Shown piece after piece: positions 12,800-24,352 of a stretch of 64,000 bases of DNA; within the stretch, counting starts at the first letter, position 1, and each line of letters begins with the position of its first letter. Source of the DNA: Ranitomeya imitator (Eukaryota); assembly GCF_032444005.1 (NCBI RefSeq), contig NC_091282.1:695516001-695580000 (forward strand), given 5' to 3'. The notes under the pieces are model-generated. The model saw nothing but the letters and a program-made list of their open reading frames with translations, was not told the origin of the DNA and searched no databases. Made by a program: the position numbers and the translations under genes.

Positions 12800-13458
12800 G
12801 GGTGACCATGACGAAGCCCCCCCCATGCCAATTTCACCTGTATGTGCATCCTAGGGTGCACATTCAGGTGAAAAGTATTGCAATACAAAAACCCCCAATA
12901 ACCGGCACCAGCCAATCAGAAGCTGGCAGTGATGTCGTACGTTGCCCGTGCCACCACAAAGTCAGCTGCGCGTCGCGGTGGCGGAGAAAACAGGAGTAGA
13001 ATAGTTTTTCTTTTATTGGGGGTTTGTTTTCTTCTCGAAATGTTTGGACTTGAACAGACCTGCCTTTTCACTCAAATGTCTGATTCAGTAAATAATTGAA
13101 TTCCTTGCAAAATACCAAATCTGGACCTTTTTACACAGAACCCTACATTCCCATGTACTACTTCCCGGAAATGTATGGAGAAACTGACACCAGTAAGCAT
13201 CCTCCTTTATCAATCAGGAGTGTCAATACATAGATTGCTGCCAATCAGTGCCGAGGGTCAGCCTGCGACATTCAGACGGAATGGGAACGATCACGGGTCA
13301 GTTCTTACATTTCCACGTGGAATAAAAGGGGAGCTGCACAACAAGGTTTTATGAGGACGCTCCATAATAGTCATTTTACAGAACCAAAATATACTTTTAC
13401 TAGGATTACATGGATTCACTAATTGCTATTATGTAAACTGTATGTATGTATGTATGTA

Positions 13459-15064
13459 CAGTGGGGCAAAAAAGTATTTAGTCAGTCAGCAATAGTGCAA
13501 GTTCCACCACTTAAAAAGATGAGAGGCGTCTGTAATTTACATCATAGGTAGACCTCAACTATGGGAGACAAACTGAGAAAAAAAAATCCAGAAAATCACA
13601 TTGTCTGTTTTTTTAACATTTTATTTGCATATTATGGTGGAAAATAAGTATTTGGTCAGAAACAAACAATCAAGATTTCTGGCTCTCACAGACCTGTAAC
13701 TTCTTCTTTAAGAGTCTCCTCTTTCCTCCACTCATTACCTGTAGTAATGGCACCTGTTTAAACTTGTTATCAGTATAAAAAGACACCTTTGCACACCCTC
13801 AAACAGTCTGACTCCAAACTCCACTATGGTGAAGACCAAAGAGCTGTCAAAGGACACCAGAAACAAAATTGTAGCCCTGCACCAGGCTGGGAAGACTGAA
13901 TCTGCAATAGCCAACCAGCTTGGAGTGAAGAAATCAACAGTGGGAGCAATAGTTAGAAAATGGAAGACATACAAGACCACTGATAATCTCCCTCGATCTG
14001 GGGCTCCACGCAAAATCCCACCCCGTGGAGTCAGAATGATCACAAGAACGGTGAGCAAAAATCCCAGAACCACGCGGGGGGACCTAGTGAATGAACTGCA
14101 GAGAGCTGGGACCAATGTAACAAGGCCTACCATAAGTGACACACTACGCCACCATGGACTCAGATCCTGCAGTGCCAGACGTGTCCCACTGCTTAAGCCA
14201 GTACATGTCCGGGCCCGTCTGAAGTTTGCTAGAGAGCATTTGGATGATCCAGAGGAGTTTTGGGAGAATGTCCTATGGTCTGATGAAACCAAACTGGAAC
14301 TGTTTGGTAGAAACACAACTTGTCGTGTTTGGAGGAAAAAGAATACTGAGTTGCATTCATCAAACACCATACCTACTGTAAAGCATGGTGGTGGAAACAT
14401 CATGCTTTGGGGCTGTTTCTCTGCAAAGGGGCCAGGACGACTGATCCGGGTACATGAAAGAATGAATGGGGCCATGTATCGTGAGATTTTGAGTGCAAAC
14501 CTCCTTCCATCAGCAAGGGCATTGAAGATGAAACGTGGCTGGGTCTTTCAACATGACAATGATCCAAAGCACACCGCCAGGGCAACGAAGGAGTGGCTTC
14601 GTAAGAAGCATTTCAAGGTCCTGGAGTGGCCTAGCCAGTCTCCAGATCTCAACCCTATAGAAAACCTTTGGAGGGAGTTGAAAGTCCGTGTTGCCAAGCG
14701 AAAAGCCAAAAACATCACTGCTCTAGAGGAGATCTGCATGGAGAAATGGGCCAACATACCAACAACAGTGTGTGGCAACCTTGTGAAGACTTACAAAAAA
14801 CGTTTGACCTCTGTCATTGCCAACAAAGGATATATTACAAAGTATTGAGATGAAATTTTGTTTCTGACCAAATACTTATTTTCCACCATAATATGCAAAT
14901 AAAATGTTAAAAAAACAGACAATGTGATTTTCTGGATTTTTTTTTCTCAGTTTGTCTCCCATAGTTGAGTTCTCCCTATGATGTAAATTACAGACGCCTC
15001 TCATCTTTTTAAGTGGTGGAACTTGCACTATTGCTGACTGACTAAATACTTTTTTGCCCCACTG
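13459..15064 (+). mobile_element. Full-length Tc1/mariner DD34E element with intact transposase, inserted in a (TATG)n tract
   Basis: TA|CAGTGGGGCAAAAAAGTATTTAGTCAG...CTGACTAAATACTTTTTTGCCCCACTG|TA; near-perfect ~210-bp inverted repeats. Confidence 0.97.
13826..14848 (+). CDS. Tc1 transposase, 340 aa, intact DD34E
   Basis: Paired-like HTH N-terminus with GRPR-like linker (SGAPRK), then [26 protein letters not shown]; 34 residues between D2 and E; no stops. Confidence 0.95.
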   Translation: MVKTKELSKDTRNKIVALHQAGKTESAIANQLGVKKSTVGAIVRKWKTYKTTDNLPRSGAPRKIPPRGVRMITRTVSKNPRTTRGDLVNELQRAGTNVTRPTISDTLRHHGLRSCSARRVPLLKPVHVRARLKFAREHLDDPEEFWENVLWSDETKLELFGRNTTCRVWRKKNTELHSSNTIPTVKHGGGNIMLWGCFSAKGPGRLIRVHERMNGAMYREILSANLLPSARALKMKRGWVFQHDNDPKHTARATKEWLRKKHFKVLEWPSQSPDLNPIENLWRELKVRVAKRKAKNITALEEICMEKWANIPTTVCGNLVKTYKKRLTSVIANKGYITKY

Positions 15065-15133
15065 TATGTATGTATGTATGCAGTATGTATGTATGTATGC
15101 AGTATGTATGTATGCAGTATGTATGTATATATA

Positions 15134-16707
15134 CAGGTCCTTCTCAAAAAATTAGCATATAGTGTTAAATTTCATTATTTACCATAATGTAATGATTACA
15201 ATTAAACTTTCATATATTATAGATTCATTATCCACCAACTGAAATTTGTCAGGTCTTTTATTGTTTTAATACTGATGATTTTGGCATACAACTCCTGATA
15301 ACCCAAAAAACCTGTCTCAATAAATTAGCATATCAAGAAAAGGTTCTCTAAACGACCTATTACCCTAATCTTCTGAATCAACTAATTAACTCTAAACACA
15401 TGCAAAAGATACCTGAGGCTTTTATAAACTCCCTGCCTGGTTCATTACTCAAAACCCCCATCATGGGTAAGACTAGCGACCTGACAGATGTCAAGAAGGC
15501 CATCATTGACACCCTCAAGCAAGAAGGTAAGACCCAGAAAGAAATTTCTCAACAAATAGGCTGTTCCCAGAGTGCTGTATCAAGGCACCTCAATGGTAAG
15601 TCTGTTGGAAGGAAACAATGTGGCAGAAAACGCTGTACAACGAGAAGAGGAGACCGGACCCTGAGGAAGATTGTGGAGAAGGACCGATTCCAGACCTTGG
15701 GGAACCTGAGGAAGCAGTGGACTGAGTCTGGTGTGGAAACATCCAGAGCCACCGTGTACAGGCGTGTGCAGGAAATGGGCTACAGGTGCCGCATTCCCCA
15801 GGTAAAGCCACTTTTGAACCATAAACAGCGGCAGAGGCGCCTGACCTGGGCTACAGAGAAGCAGCACTGGACTGTTGCTAAGTGGTCCCAAGTACTTTTT
15901 TCTGATGAAAGCAAATTTTGCATGTCATTCGGAAATCAAGGTGCCAGAGTCTGGAGGAAAACTGGGGAGAAGGAAATGCCAAAATGCCTGAAGTCCAGTG
16001 TCAAGTACCCACAGTCAGTGATGGTGTGGGGTGCCATGTCAGCTGCTGGTGTTGGTCCACTGTGTTTCATCAAGGGCAGGGTCAATGCAGCTAGCTATCA
16101 GGAGATTTTAGAGCACTTCATGCTTCCATCGGCTGAAATGCTTTATGGAGATGAAGATTTCATTTTTCAGCACGACCTGGCACCTGCTCACAGTGCCAAA
16201 ACCACTGGTAAATGGTTTACTGACCATGGTATTACTGTGCTCAATTGGCCTGCCAACTCTCCTGACCTGAACCCCATAGAGAATCTGTGGGATATTGTGA
16301 AGAGAAAGTTGAGAGACGCAAGACCCAACACTCTGGATGAGCTTAAGGCCGCTATTGAAGCATCCTGGGCCTCCATAACATCTCAGCAGTGTCACAGGCT
16401 GATTGCCTCCATGCCACGCCGCATTGAAGCAGTCATTTCTGCCAAAGGATTCCCGACCAAGTATTGAGTGCATAACTGAACATTATTATTTGTTGGTTTT
16501 TTTGTTTGTTATTAAAAAACACTTTTATTTGATTGGATGGGTGAAATATGCTAATTTATTTAGACAGGTTTTTTGGGTTATCAGGAGTTGTATGCCAAAA
16601 TCATCAGTATTAAAACAATAAAAGACCTGACAGATTTCAGTTGGTGGATAATGAATCTATAATATATGAAAGTTTAATTGTAATCATTACATTATGGTAA
16701 ATAATGA
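15134..16707 (+). mobile_element. Second Tc1/mariner element (different family) with intact ORF; right TIR runs into an N gap
   Basis: TA|CAGGTCCTTCTCAAAAAATTAGCATA start. The inverted copy of the left ~200 bp at 16548-16707 is cut by the gap, with about 38 bp missing. Confidence 0.95.
15463..16467 (+). CDS. Tc1 transposase, 334 aa from MGKTSDL (ORF track begins at an upstream ATG, 15400), intact DD34E
   Basis: [27 protein letters not shown]; 34-residue spacing; no stops. Confidence 0.93.
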   Translation: MGKTSDLTDVKKAIIDTLKQEGKTQKEISQQIGCSQSAVSRHLNGKSVGRKQCGRKRCTTRRGDRTLRKIVEKDRFQTLGNLRKQWTESGVETSRATVYRRVQEMGYRCRIPQVKPLLNHKQRQRRLTWATEKQHWTVAKWSQVLFSDESKFCMSFGNQGARVWRKTGEKEMPKCLKSSVKYPQSVMVWGAMSAAGVGPLCFIKGRVNAASYQEILEHFMLPSAEMLYGDEDFIFQHDLAPAHSAKTTGKWFTDHGITVLNWPANSPDLNPIENLWDIVKRKLRDARPNTLDELKAAIEASWASITSQQCHRLIASMPRRIEAVISAKGFPTKY

Positions 16708-16862
16708 NNNNNNNNNNNNNNNNNNNNNNNNNNNNNNNNNNNNNNNNNNNNNNNNNNNNNNNNNNNNNNNNNNNNNNNNNNNNNNNNNNNNNNNNNNNNN
16801 NNNNNNNNNNNNNNNNNNNNNNNNNNNNNNNNNNNNNNNNNNNNNNNNNNNNNNNNNNNNNN
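16708..16862. other. Assembly gap (further gaps at 17596-17791, 26233-26381, 60433-60575)
   Basis: Runs of N; all four fall inside or beside repeats. Confidence 1.
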
Positions 16863-17791
16863 CAGCGCTAGAAAGGTTTAACCCCTTAGCGACCGCCGAT
16901 ACGCCTTTTAACGGCGGCCTCTAAGGGTACTTAAACCACAGCGCCGTTAATTAACGGCGCTGTGGAAAAAGTCCATAGCGCCCCCCAGAGGCCGATTTTC
17001 TCCGGGGTCTCGGCTGCCGAGGGTAGCCGAGACCCTAGAGAACATGATTCGGGGGGTTTTTAACCCACCCCGCATTTGCGATCGCCGGTAATTAACCGTT
17101 TACCGGCGATCGCAAAAAAAAAAAAAAAGCAATCTCTTTTTAATTTCTCTGTCCTCCGATGTGATCGCACATCGGAGGACAGAGAAAAGGGGTCCCAGGT
17201 GGCCCCCCAATACTCACCTAGCTCCCCCGATGCTCCTCGTGTCTCCCGGTGGGCGCCGCCATCTTCAAAATGGCGGGCGCATGCACAGTGCGCCCGCCGG
17301 CCGGCACCGGGAGAATCTTTGGGGGGCTACCGACCCCTGTTTTGCGATCGCCGGTAATTAACTGTTTACCGGCGACCGCAAAAAAAAAAAAAAAAAGTAA
17401 AGTGTAATTCTCTGTCCTCTGATGTGATCGCACATCAGAGGACAGAGAAATAGGGGGATTCGGGGACCCTAGCATACTCACCTAGGTCCCTGGATCCTCT
17501 TGCTGCTCCTCCTGGCCGCCGGCAGCAGAACATGGCGGACGCATGCCCAGTGCGCCCGCCATCTGTCTCCATCTGCCGGCCGGCAGGAGAACAGCNNNNN
17601 NNNNNNNNNNNNNNNNNNNNNNNNNNNNNNNNNNNNNNNNNNNNNNNNNNNNNNNNNNNNNNNNNNNNNNNNNNNNNNNNNNNNNNNNNNNNNNNNNNNN
17701 NNNNNNNNNNNNNNNNNNNNNNNNNNNNNNNNNNNNNNNNNNNNNNNNNNNNNNNNNNNNNNNNNNNNNNNNNNNNNNNNNNNNNNNNNNN

Positions 17792-18722
17792 GTAGGGTTA
17801 GGTTAGGGGTAGGGTTAGGTTAGGGGTAGGGCTAGGGTTGGGGCTAAATTTAGGGTTAGGGTTGGGGCTAAATTTAGGGTTAGGGTTGGGGCTAAACTTA
17901 GGGTTAGGCTTCTTTCACACTTACGTCGGTACGGGGCCGTCGCAATGCGTCGGCCCGACATACCGACGCACGTTGTGAAAATTGTGCACAACGTGGGCAG
18001 CAGCTGTAGTTTTTCAACACATCCGCTGCCCAATCTATGTCCTGGGGAGGAGGGGGCGGAGTTACGGCCACGCATGCGCGGTCAGAAATGGCGGATGCGA
18101 CGTACAAAAAAACGTTTCATTGAACGTTTTTTTGTGCCGACGCTCCGCCAAAACACAACTGATCCAGTGCACGACGGACGCGACGTGTGGCCATCCGTCA
18201 CGATCCGTCGGCAATACAAGTCTATGGGCAAAAAACGCATCCTGCGGCACATTTGCAGGATCCGTTTCTTGTCCAAAACGACGGATTGCGACGGAATGCC
18301 AAACGACGCAAGTGTGAAAGTAGCCCTAGGGCTAGGGTTAGGGTTGGGGCTAAAGTTAGGGCTAGGGTTGGGGCTAAAGTTAGGGTTAGAGCTGGGATTA
18401 GGGTTAGGGTTTGGATTAGGGTTCGTATTAGGGTTAGGGTTGGCATTAGGGTTACGCTTGGGATTAGGGTTAGGTTTGGGATTAGGGTTAAGGTTAGGGT
18501 TGTGATTAGGGGTGTATTGGGATTAGGGTTAGGTTTGAGGTTAGGGTTGAGATTAGGATTAGGGGTGTGTTGGATTTAGGGTTTTGATTAGGGTTATGGT
18601 TAGGGTCGACATTAGGGTTGTTTTGGGGTAAGGGTTGTGATTATGGTTAGGGTTAGTGATTAGGATTATGGATGAGGTTGGGATTAGGGTTAGGGGTGTG
18701 TTGGGGTTAGGGTTGGAGCTAG
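17792..18722 (+). repeat. Degenerate telomere-like (TTAGGG)n array, split by a MITE
   Basis: TTAGGG/CTAGGG/TTGGGG variants at 17792-17906 and 18326-18722; source of the GL-repeat ORFs. Confidence 0.9.
17907..18325. mobile_element. Harbinger-type MITE (GGCTACTTTCACACT family) inserted in the TTAGGG array
   Basis: TTA|GGCTTCTTTCACACT...AGTGTGAAAGTAGCC|CTA; relatives at 38898-39292 and 59531-59927. Confidence 0.85.
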
Positions 18723-18724
18723 AA

Positions 18725-21000
18725 TTGGGGGGTTTCCACTGTTTAGGTACATCAGGGGGTCTCCAAACACGACAGCCAATTTTGCGCTCAAAAAGTCAAA
18801 TGGTGCTCCCTCCCTTCTGAGCTCTGCCGTGCGCCCAAACAGTGGGTTACCCCCACATATGGGGCATCAGCGTACTCGGGATAAATTGGACAACAACTTC
18901 TGGGGTCCAATTTCTCTTGTTACCCTTGTGAAAATAAAAACTTGGGGGCTACAAAATCTTTTTTGTGGAAAAAAAAATATTTTTTATTTTCACGACTCTG
19001 CATTCTAAACTTCTGTGAAGCACTTGGGCATTCAAAGTTCTCACCACACATCTAGATAAGTTCCTTGGGGGGTCTAGTTTCCAAAATGGGGTCACTTGTG
19101 GGGGGTTACTACAGTTTAGGTACATCAGGGGCTCTGCAATCGCAACATAATGCCCACAGACCATTCTATCAAAGTCTGCATTCCAAAAAGGCGCTCCTTC
19201 CCTTCCGAGCTCTGCCGTGCGCCCAAACAGTGGTTTACCGCCACATATGGCGCATCAGCGTACTCGGGATAAATTGGACAACAACTATTGCAGTCCAATT
19301 TCTCCTGTTACCCTTGTGAAAATAAAAACTTGGGGGCTACAATATCTTTTTTGTGGAAAAAAAAATATTTTTTATTTTCACGACTCTGCATTCTAAACTT
19401 CTGTGAAGCACTTGGGCATTCAAAGTTCTCACCACACATCTAGATAAGTTCCTTGGGGGGTCTAGTTTCCAAAATGGGGTCACTTGTGGAGGGTTTCTAC
19501 TGGTTAGGTACATCAGGGGCTCTGCAAACGCAACATAATACCGCAGACCATTCTATCAAAGTCTGCATTCCAAAACGGCGCTCCTTCCTTCCGAGCTCTG
19601 CCGTGCGCCCAAACAGTGGTTTACCCCCACATATGGGGTACCAGCATACTCAGGACAAATTGGACAACAACTTTTGGGGTCCAGTTTCTCTTGTTACCCT
19701 TGTGAAAATAAAAATTTGGTGGCTAAAAAATCTTTTTTGTGGAAAAAAAAAATATTTTTTATTTTCACGGCTCTGCATTATAAACTTCTGTGAAGCACTT
19801 GGGCATTCAAGGTTCTCACCACACATCTAGATAAGTTCCATGGGGGGTCTAGTTTCCAAAATGGGGTCACTTGTGGGGGATTTCTACTGTTTAGGCACAT
19901 CAGGGGCTCTCCAAACGCGACATGGCGTCCGATCTCAATTCCAGCCAATTCTACATTGAAAAAGTAAAACGGCACTCTTTCTCTTCCAAGCTCTGCGGTG
20001 CGCCCAAACAGTGGTTTACCCCCACATATTGGGTATCGACGTACTCAGGAGAAATTGCACAACAACTTTTGTGGTCTAATTTCTCCTGTTACCCTTGTGA
20101 AAATAAAAATTTGTGGGCAAAAAGATCATTTTTGTAGAAAAAATGCAATTTTTTTATTTCACGGCTCTACGTTATAAACTTCTGTGAAGCACATGGGGGT
20201 TCAAAGTGCTCGCCACACATCTAGATAAGTTCCTTAAGGGGTCTAGTTTCCAAAATGGTGTCAGTTGTGGGGGGTTTCCACTGTTTAGGCACATCAGGGG
20301 CTCTCCAAACGCAACATGGCGTCCGATCTCAATTCCAGCCAATTCTACATTGAAAAAGTAAAACGGCACTCCTTCTCTTCCAAGCTCTGCGGTGCGCCCT
20401 AACAGTTGTTTACCCCCACATATTGGGTATCAGCGTACTCAGGAGAAATTGCACAACAACTTTTGTGGTCTAATTTCTCCTGTTACCCTTGTGAAAATAA
20501 GAATTTGTGGGCAAAAAGATCATTTTTGTGTAAACAAAAGCGATTTTTTATTTTCACGGCTCTACGTTATAAACTTCTGTGAAGCACTTGGGGGTTCAAA
20601 GTGCTCACCACACATCTAGATAAGTTCCTTAAGGGGTCTAGCTTCCAAAATGGTGTCACTTGTGGGGAGTTTCCACTGTTTAGGTACATCAGGGGCTCTC
20701 TAAATGTGACATGGTGTCCGATCTCAATTCCAGCCAATTCTGCATTGAAAAAGTCAAACGGCGCTCCTTCACTTCTAAGTTCTGCGGTGCGCCCTAACAG
20801 TGGTTTACCCCCACATATGGGATATTGGCGTATTCAGGAGAAATTGCATAACAAAATTTATGGTTACATTTCTGTTTTTACACTTGTGAAAATAAAAAAA
20901 ATGGTTCTGAATTAAGATGTTTGCAAAAAAAAGTTAAATGTTCATTTTTACCTTCCACATGGTTTCAGTTCCTGTGAAGCACGTAAAGGGTTAATAAACT
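18725..21000. repeat. About six tandem units of ~375-395 bp inside the piggyBac element
   Basis: The marker TTTAGG(T/C)ACATCAGGGG recurs near 18742, 19116, 19504, 19890, 20285 and 20680. Confidence 0.9.
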
Positions 21001-22033
21001 TCTTGAATGTGGTTTTGAGAACCTTGAGGGGTGCAGTTTTTAGAATGGTGTCACACTTCATTATTTTCTATCATATAGACCCCTCAAAATGACTTCAAAT
21101 GTGATGTGGTCCCTAAAAAAAAATGGTGTTGTAAAAATGAGAAATTGCTGGTCAACTTTTAACCCTTATAACTCCCTAACAAAAAAAAATTTTGTTTCCA
21201 AAATTGTGCTGATGTAAAGTAGACATGTGGGAAATGTTATTTATTAACTATTTTTTATGACATATCTCTCTGATTTAAGGGCATAAAAATACAAAGTTTG
21301 AAAATTGCAAAATTTTAAAAATTTTCGCCATATTTCCGTTTTTTTCATAAATAATCGCAAGTAATATCGAAGAAATGTTACCACTAACATGAAGTACAAT
21401 ATGTCACGAAAAAACAATCTCAGAATCAGCGGGATCCGTTGAAGCGTTCCAGAGTTATAACCTCATAAAGTGACAGTGGTCAGAATTGCAAAAATTGGCC
21501 TGGTCATTAAGTACCAAATTGGCTCTGTCACTAAGGGGTTAACATTTCTACAGTATTTTGTATAGTTGCGGTATATATGATGAACCAAAAGGCGAAACCA
21601 AGAGATGTAAAGCGCAGGTTAAAAACAGAACAGAAGAAAGAAAAAAATTGCTGGAATACTCAATATTATACGAAAACAGTTGCTGCCAACTGTTCTGACA
21701 TCTTCCAGAAGAATTTTAATGGTTGATCCTTTAGTGTTCAAGGGGGCTAAAATTCACTTTTCTCCTCTCACCCATTGAAAAAAGCAAAACAAAAAAAAAA
21801 AAAAAACACAACCCATCGGTATGAGGGAATCTGGAGAGAGAGATCTGACAAATGACAGCTATTTCATGTCAGATGTGTTATTATTCTTTATACCCCCCAA
21901 AAACAGATCTCCTAGTGGGTGTGAGTATAATATTATATATACAGTATAGTATATATACGACTGGCACATCCGAACTAATGTGAATAGGTGCATACCAGGA
22001 GCAGCTACCGCCATATACAATATACAAAAAAAG

Positions 22034-22509
22034 GTTGCACTCTATGGTGCCAAAGCATGTCTAATATGAAATACAAGAAATATGAATAGCAAAATGGCTT
22101 TTTGAACATTAGGAAAAATATTTATGAGACGCTTTAAACAGAATTTGGCCAAATAGTGTGAGCCCATCAACAATCGTCAAGGTACGCTTTGGCACGATAG
22201 AGTGCAACCTTTTCACACTTTTCACACTTGGTCCGGCCAACCCATATATGTAGGCTTTGCTAAGAGAGGTGTCCACATTCACCCATGCATACAGACATTA
22301 GCCTTTGGTAAGTGTTCACATTTGGACAGGGAGGTCAGGGACCCATCAGATTAATGAGACCACCTTGACGATGGTTGATGGGCTCACACTATTTGGCCAA
22401 ATTCTGTGTAAAACGTCTCAAATATTTTTCCTAATGTTCAAAAAGTCATTTTGCTATTCATATTTCATGTATTTCATATTCGACATGCTTTGGCACGATA
22501 GAGTGCAAC
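22034..22509. repeat. Fold-back repeat, probable Penelope-like remnant
   Basis: Inverted arms at 22034-22185 and 22362-22509, plus a short direct copy CTTTGGCACGATAGAGTGCAAC at 22188-22209. The class assignment is inferred from architecture only. Confidence 0.5.
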
Positions 22510-23041
22510 TTTTTTTTTCCGTATATTATACATACATACACCGTATCTTCTATACAGTAAAGAATTCTAAATACGGCAATCATAATCTATAATTTGGCTA
22601 ATTAATTACATAGATAATTCTCAGGGTGCACTATTAAAACACTAATTTCATCATTTACAAGTCCCATTCTCCTAAGGCGTGACCTACATTGAAATGAATA
22701 AAATGCCTAATAATGGGAGGCAGAATTCCTGGCTCTATGAGCTGTCCTGTGGGCGTTTCACCTTTGACATGAAAGTGCCTTCCTATTGTAATCATATGGT
22801 GATTGCAAACACAATACAGCTCTATTCACACAAGTCAGATTAGTTGCAGAATGTTCTATGACTGTTCCATAGGTTCAAGTTTAAAAATACTAATAAAAAA
22901 GTAACAGATCAATGCGCATAATGCCGAAACAGAATTGTGAAACAGCTTTTTAGTAGCAGAAAATGAATGTAAAAGGTAACCTGTCAGGACCACCAGCAGT
23001 TGTGTCTTTATTTAAATTGTATATGTAAATTCCCTGCCTAA

Positions 23042-23750
23042 AGGCCCCTTCACACTAAACGACGCTGCAGCGACCCAGACAACGATCCGGATCGCTGCAG
23101 CGTCGCTGTTTGGTCGCTGGAGAGCTGTCACACAGACAGCTCTCCAGCGACCAACTATGCCGGTAACCAGGGTAAACATCGGGTTACTAAGCGCAGGGCC
23201 GTGCTTAGTAACCCGATGTTTACCCTGGTTACCAGCGTAAAAGTAAAAAAAAAAAAAAACACTTCATACTTACCTTCCGCTGTCTGTCCCCGGCGCTGTG
23301 CTTCTCTGTACTGGCTGTGTGCGCCGGTCAGCCGGAAAGCAGAGCGGTGACATCACCGCTCTGCTTTCCGGCCGCTGTGCTCACAGTGAGTGCAGGAAAG
23401 CACAGCGCCGGGGACAGACAGCGGAAGGTAAGTATGAAGTGTTTGTTTTTTTTTACTTTTAGGATGGTATCCAGGGTAAACATCGGGTTACTAAGCGCGG
23501 CCCTGCGCTTAGTAACCCGATGTTTACCCTGGTTACCAGCGAAGACCTCGCTGAATCGGTGTCACACACGCCGATTCAGCGATGTCAGCGGGAGAGCCAG
23601 CGACCAAATAAAGTTCTAGCCTTCTAGCCCCGACCAACGACATCACAGCAGGATTCTGATCGCTGCTGCGTGTCAAACTGAACGATATCGCTAGCCAGGA
23701 CGCTGCAACGTCACGGATCGCTAGCGATATCATTTAGTGTGAAGGTACCT
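23042..23750. mobile_element. Full-length palindromic Harbinger-type MITE (AGGTACCTTCACAC family)
   Basis: TAA|AGGCCCCTTCACACTAAA...TTTAGTGTGAAGGTACCT|TAA with nested internal palindromes. Confidence 0.9.
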
Positions 23751-23753
23751 TAA

Positions 23754-23940
23754 GGCCGGGGTCACACTTGCGAGTGCAATGCGAGAAACTTGCACCAGTC
23801 TCTGGCATCAATACCCGGTACTGCCGCCGGCACTCGGGACCTGCATATATTACTATGCAGCTGAGCGCGGCAGTATCGGGTATTGATGCCAGAGACTCCT
23901 GCAAGTTTCTCGCATTGCACTCGCAAGTGTGACCCCGGCC
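23754..23940. mobile_element. Palindromic Harbinger-type MITE stacked on the previous element
   Basis: GGCCGGGGTCACACTTGCGAG...CTCGCAAGTGTGACCCCGGCC; shares the TAA at 23751-23753. Confidence 0.85.
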
Positions 23941-24062
23941 GTACAGTCACTTCATTGCATTGAACACAAAAAGATCTTCAGAAAAAGTAAATGAACCGTT
24001 TGACTAGTCGATGGAGCCTTCGTGTCCCCAGACTAGTCGACTTACATGGCATGTTATCACAC

Positions 24063-24352
24063 ACCTGTGGGCACAATAACACGAGTAACAAGCGCCAGTG
24101 TCATCGCCAGCACTATATAAACCTCGCGCATGCGCATGGCTTCTTTCTCTCACTACATTGAGCCTCTGAAGCGGAGTGTACGTGTCCGGGTGCAGAAGAC
24201 TTCTTATTATGTGCAGTACCCCTCTCTGCAACCGGGACACACACTGCTTCAGAGGCTCAATGTAGTGAGATAGAAGCCATGTGCATGATCGAGGTTTGTA
24301 TAGCGCTGGCGATGACGCCGGCCCTTGTAACTCGTGTTATCATGCCCACAGG
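24063..24352. repeat. Palindromic MITE-like fold-back
   Basis: CCTGTGGGCA...TGCCCACAGG with long imperfect inverted arms. Confidence 0.65.

Larger units (their letters stand above)
16882..21538. mobile_element. Non-autonomous piggyBac element (~4.66 kb) with internal tandem arrays
   Basis: TTAA|CCCCTTAGCGAC...GTCACTAAGGGG|TTAA; no transposase ORF. The element spans one N gap, so continuity is inferred. Confidence 0.85.

Noticed and set aside
17945-18579. Gly-Leu / Arg-Val repeat ORFs, or a true telomere
   Set aside because: These are translations of degenerate TTAGGG repeats internal to a piggyBac element, with unique DNA on both sides.
18725-21000. CRISPR-like or rDNA-spacer array
   Set aside because: Eukaryotic DNA; the units are ~385-bp contiguous tandem copies with no unique spacers, cas genes or rRNA sequence.
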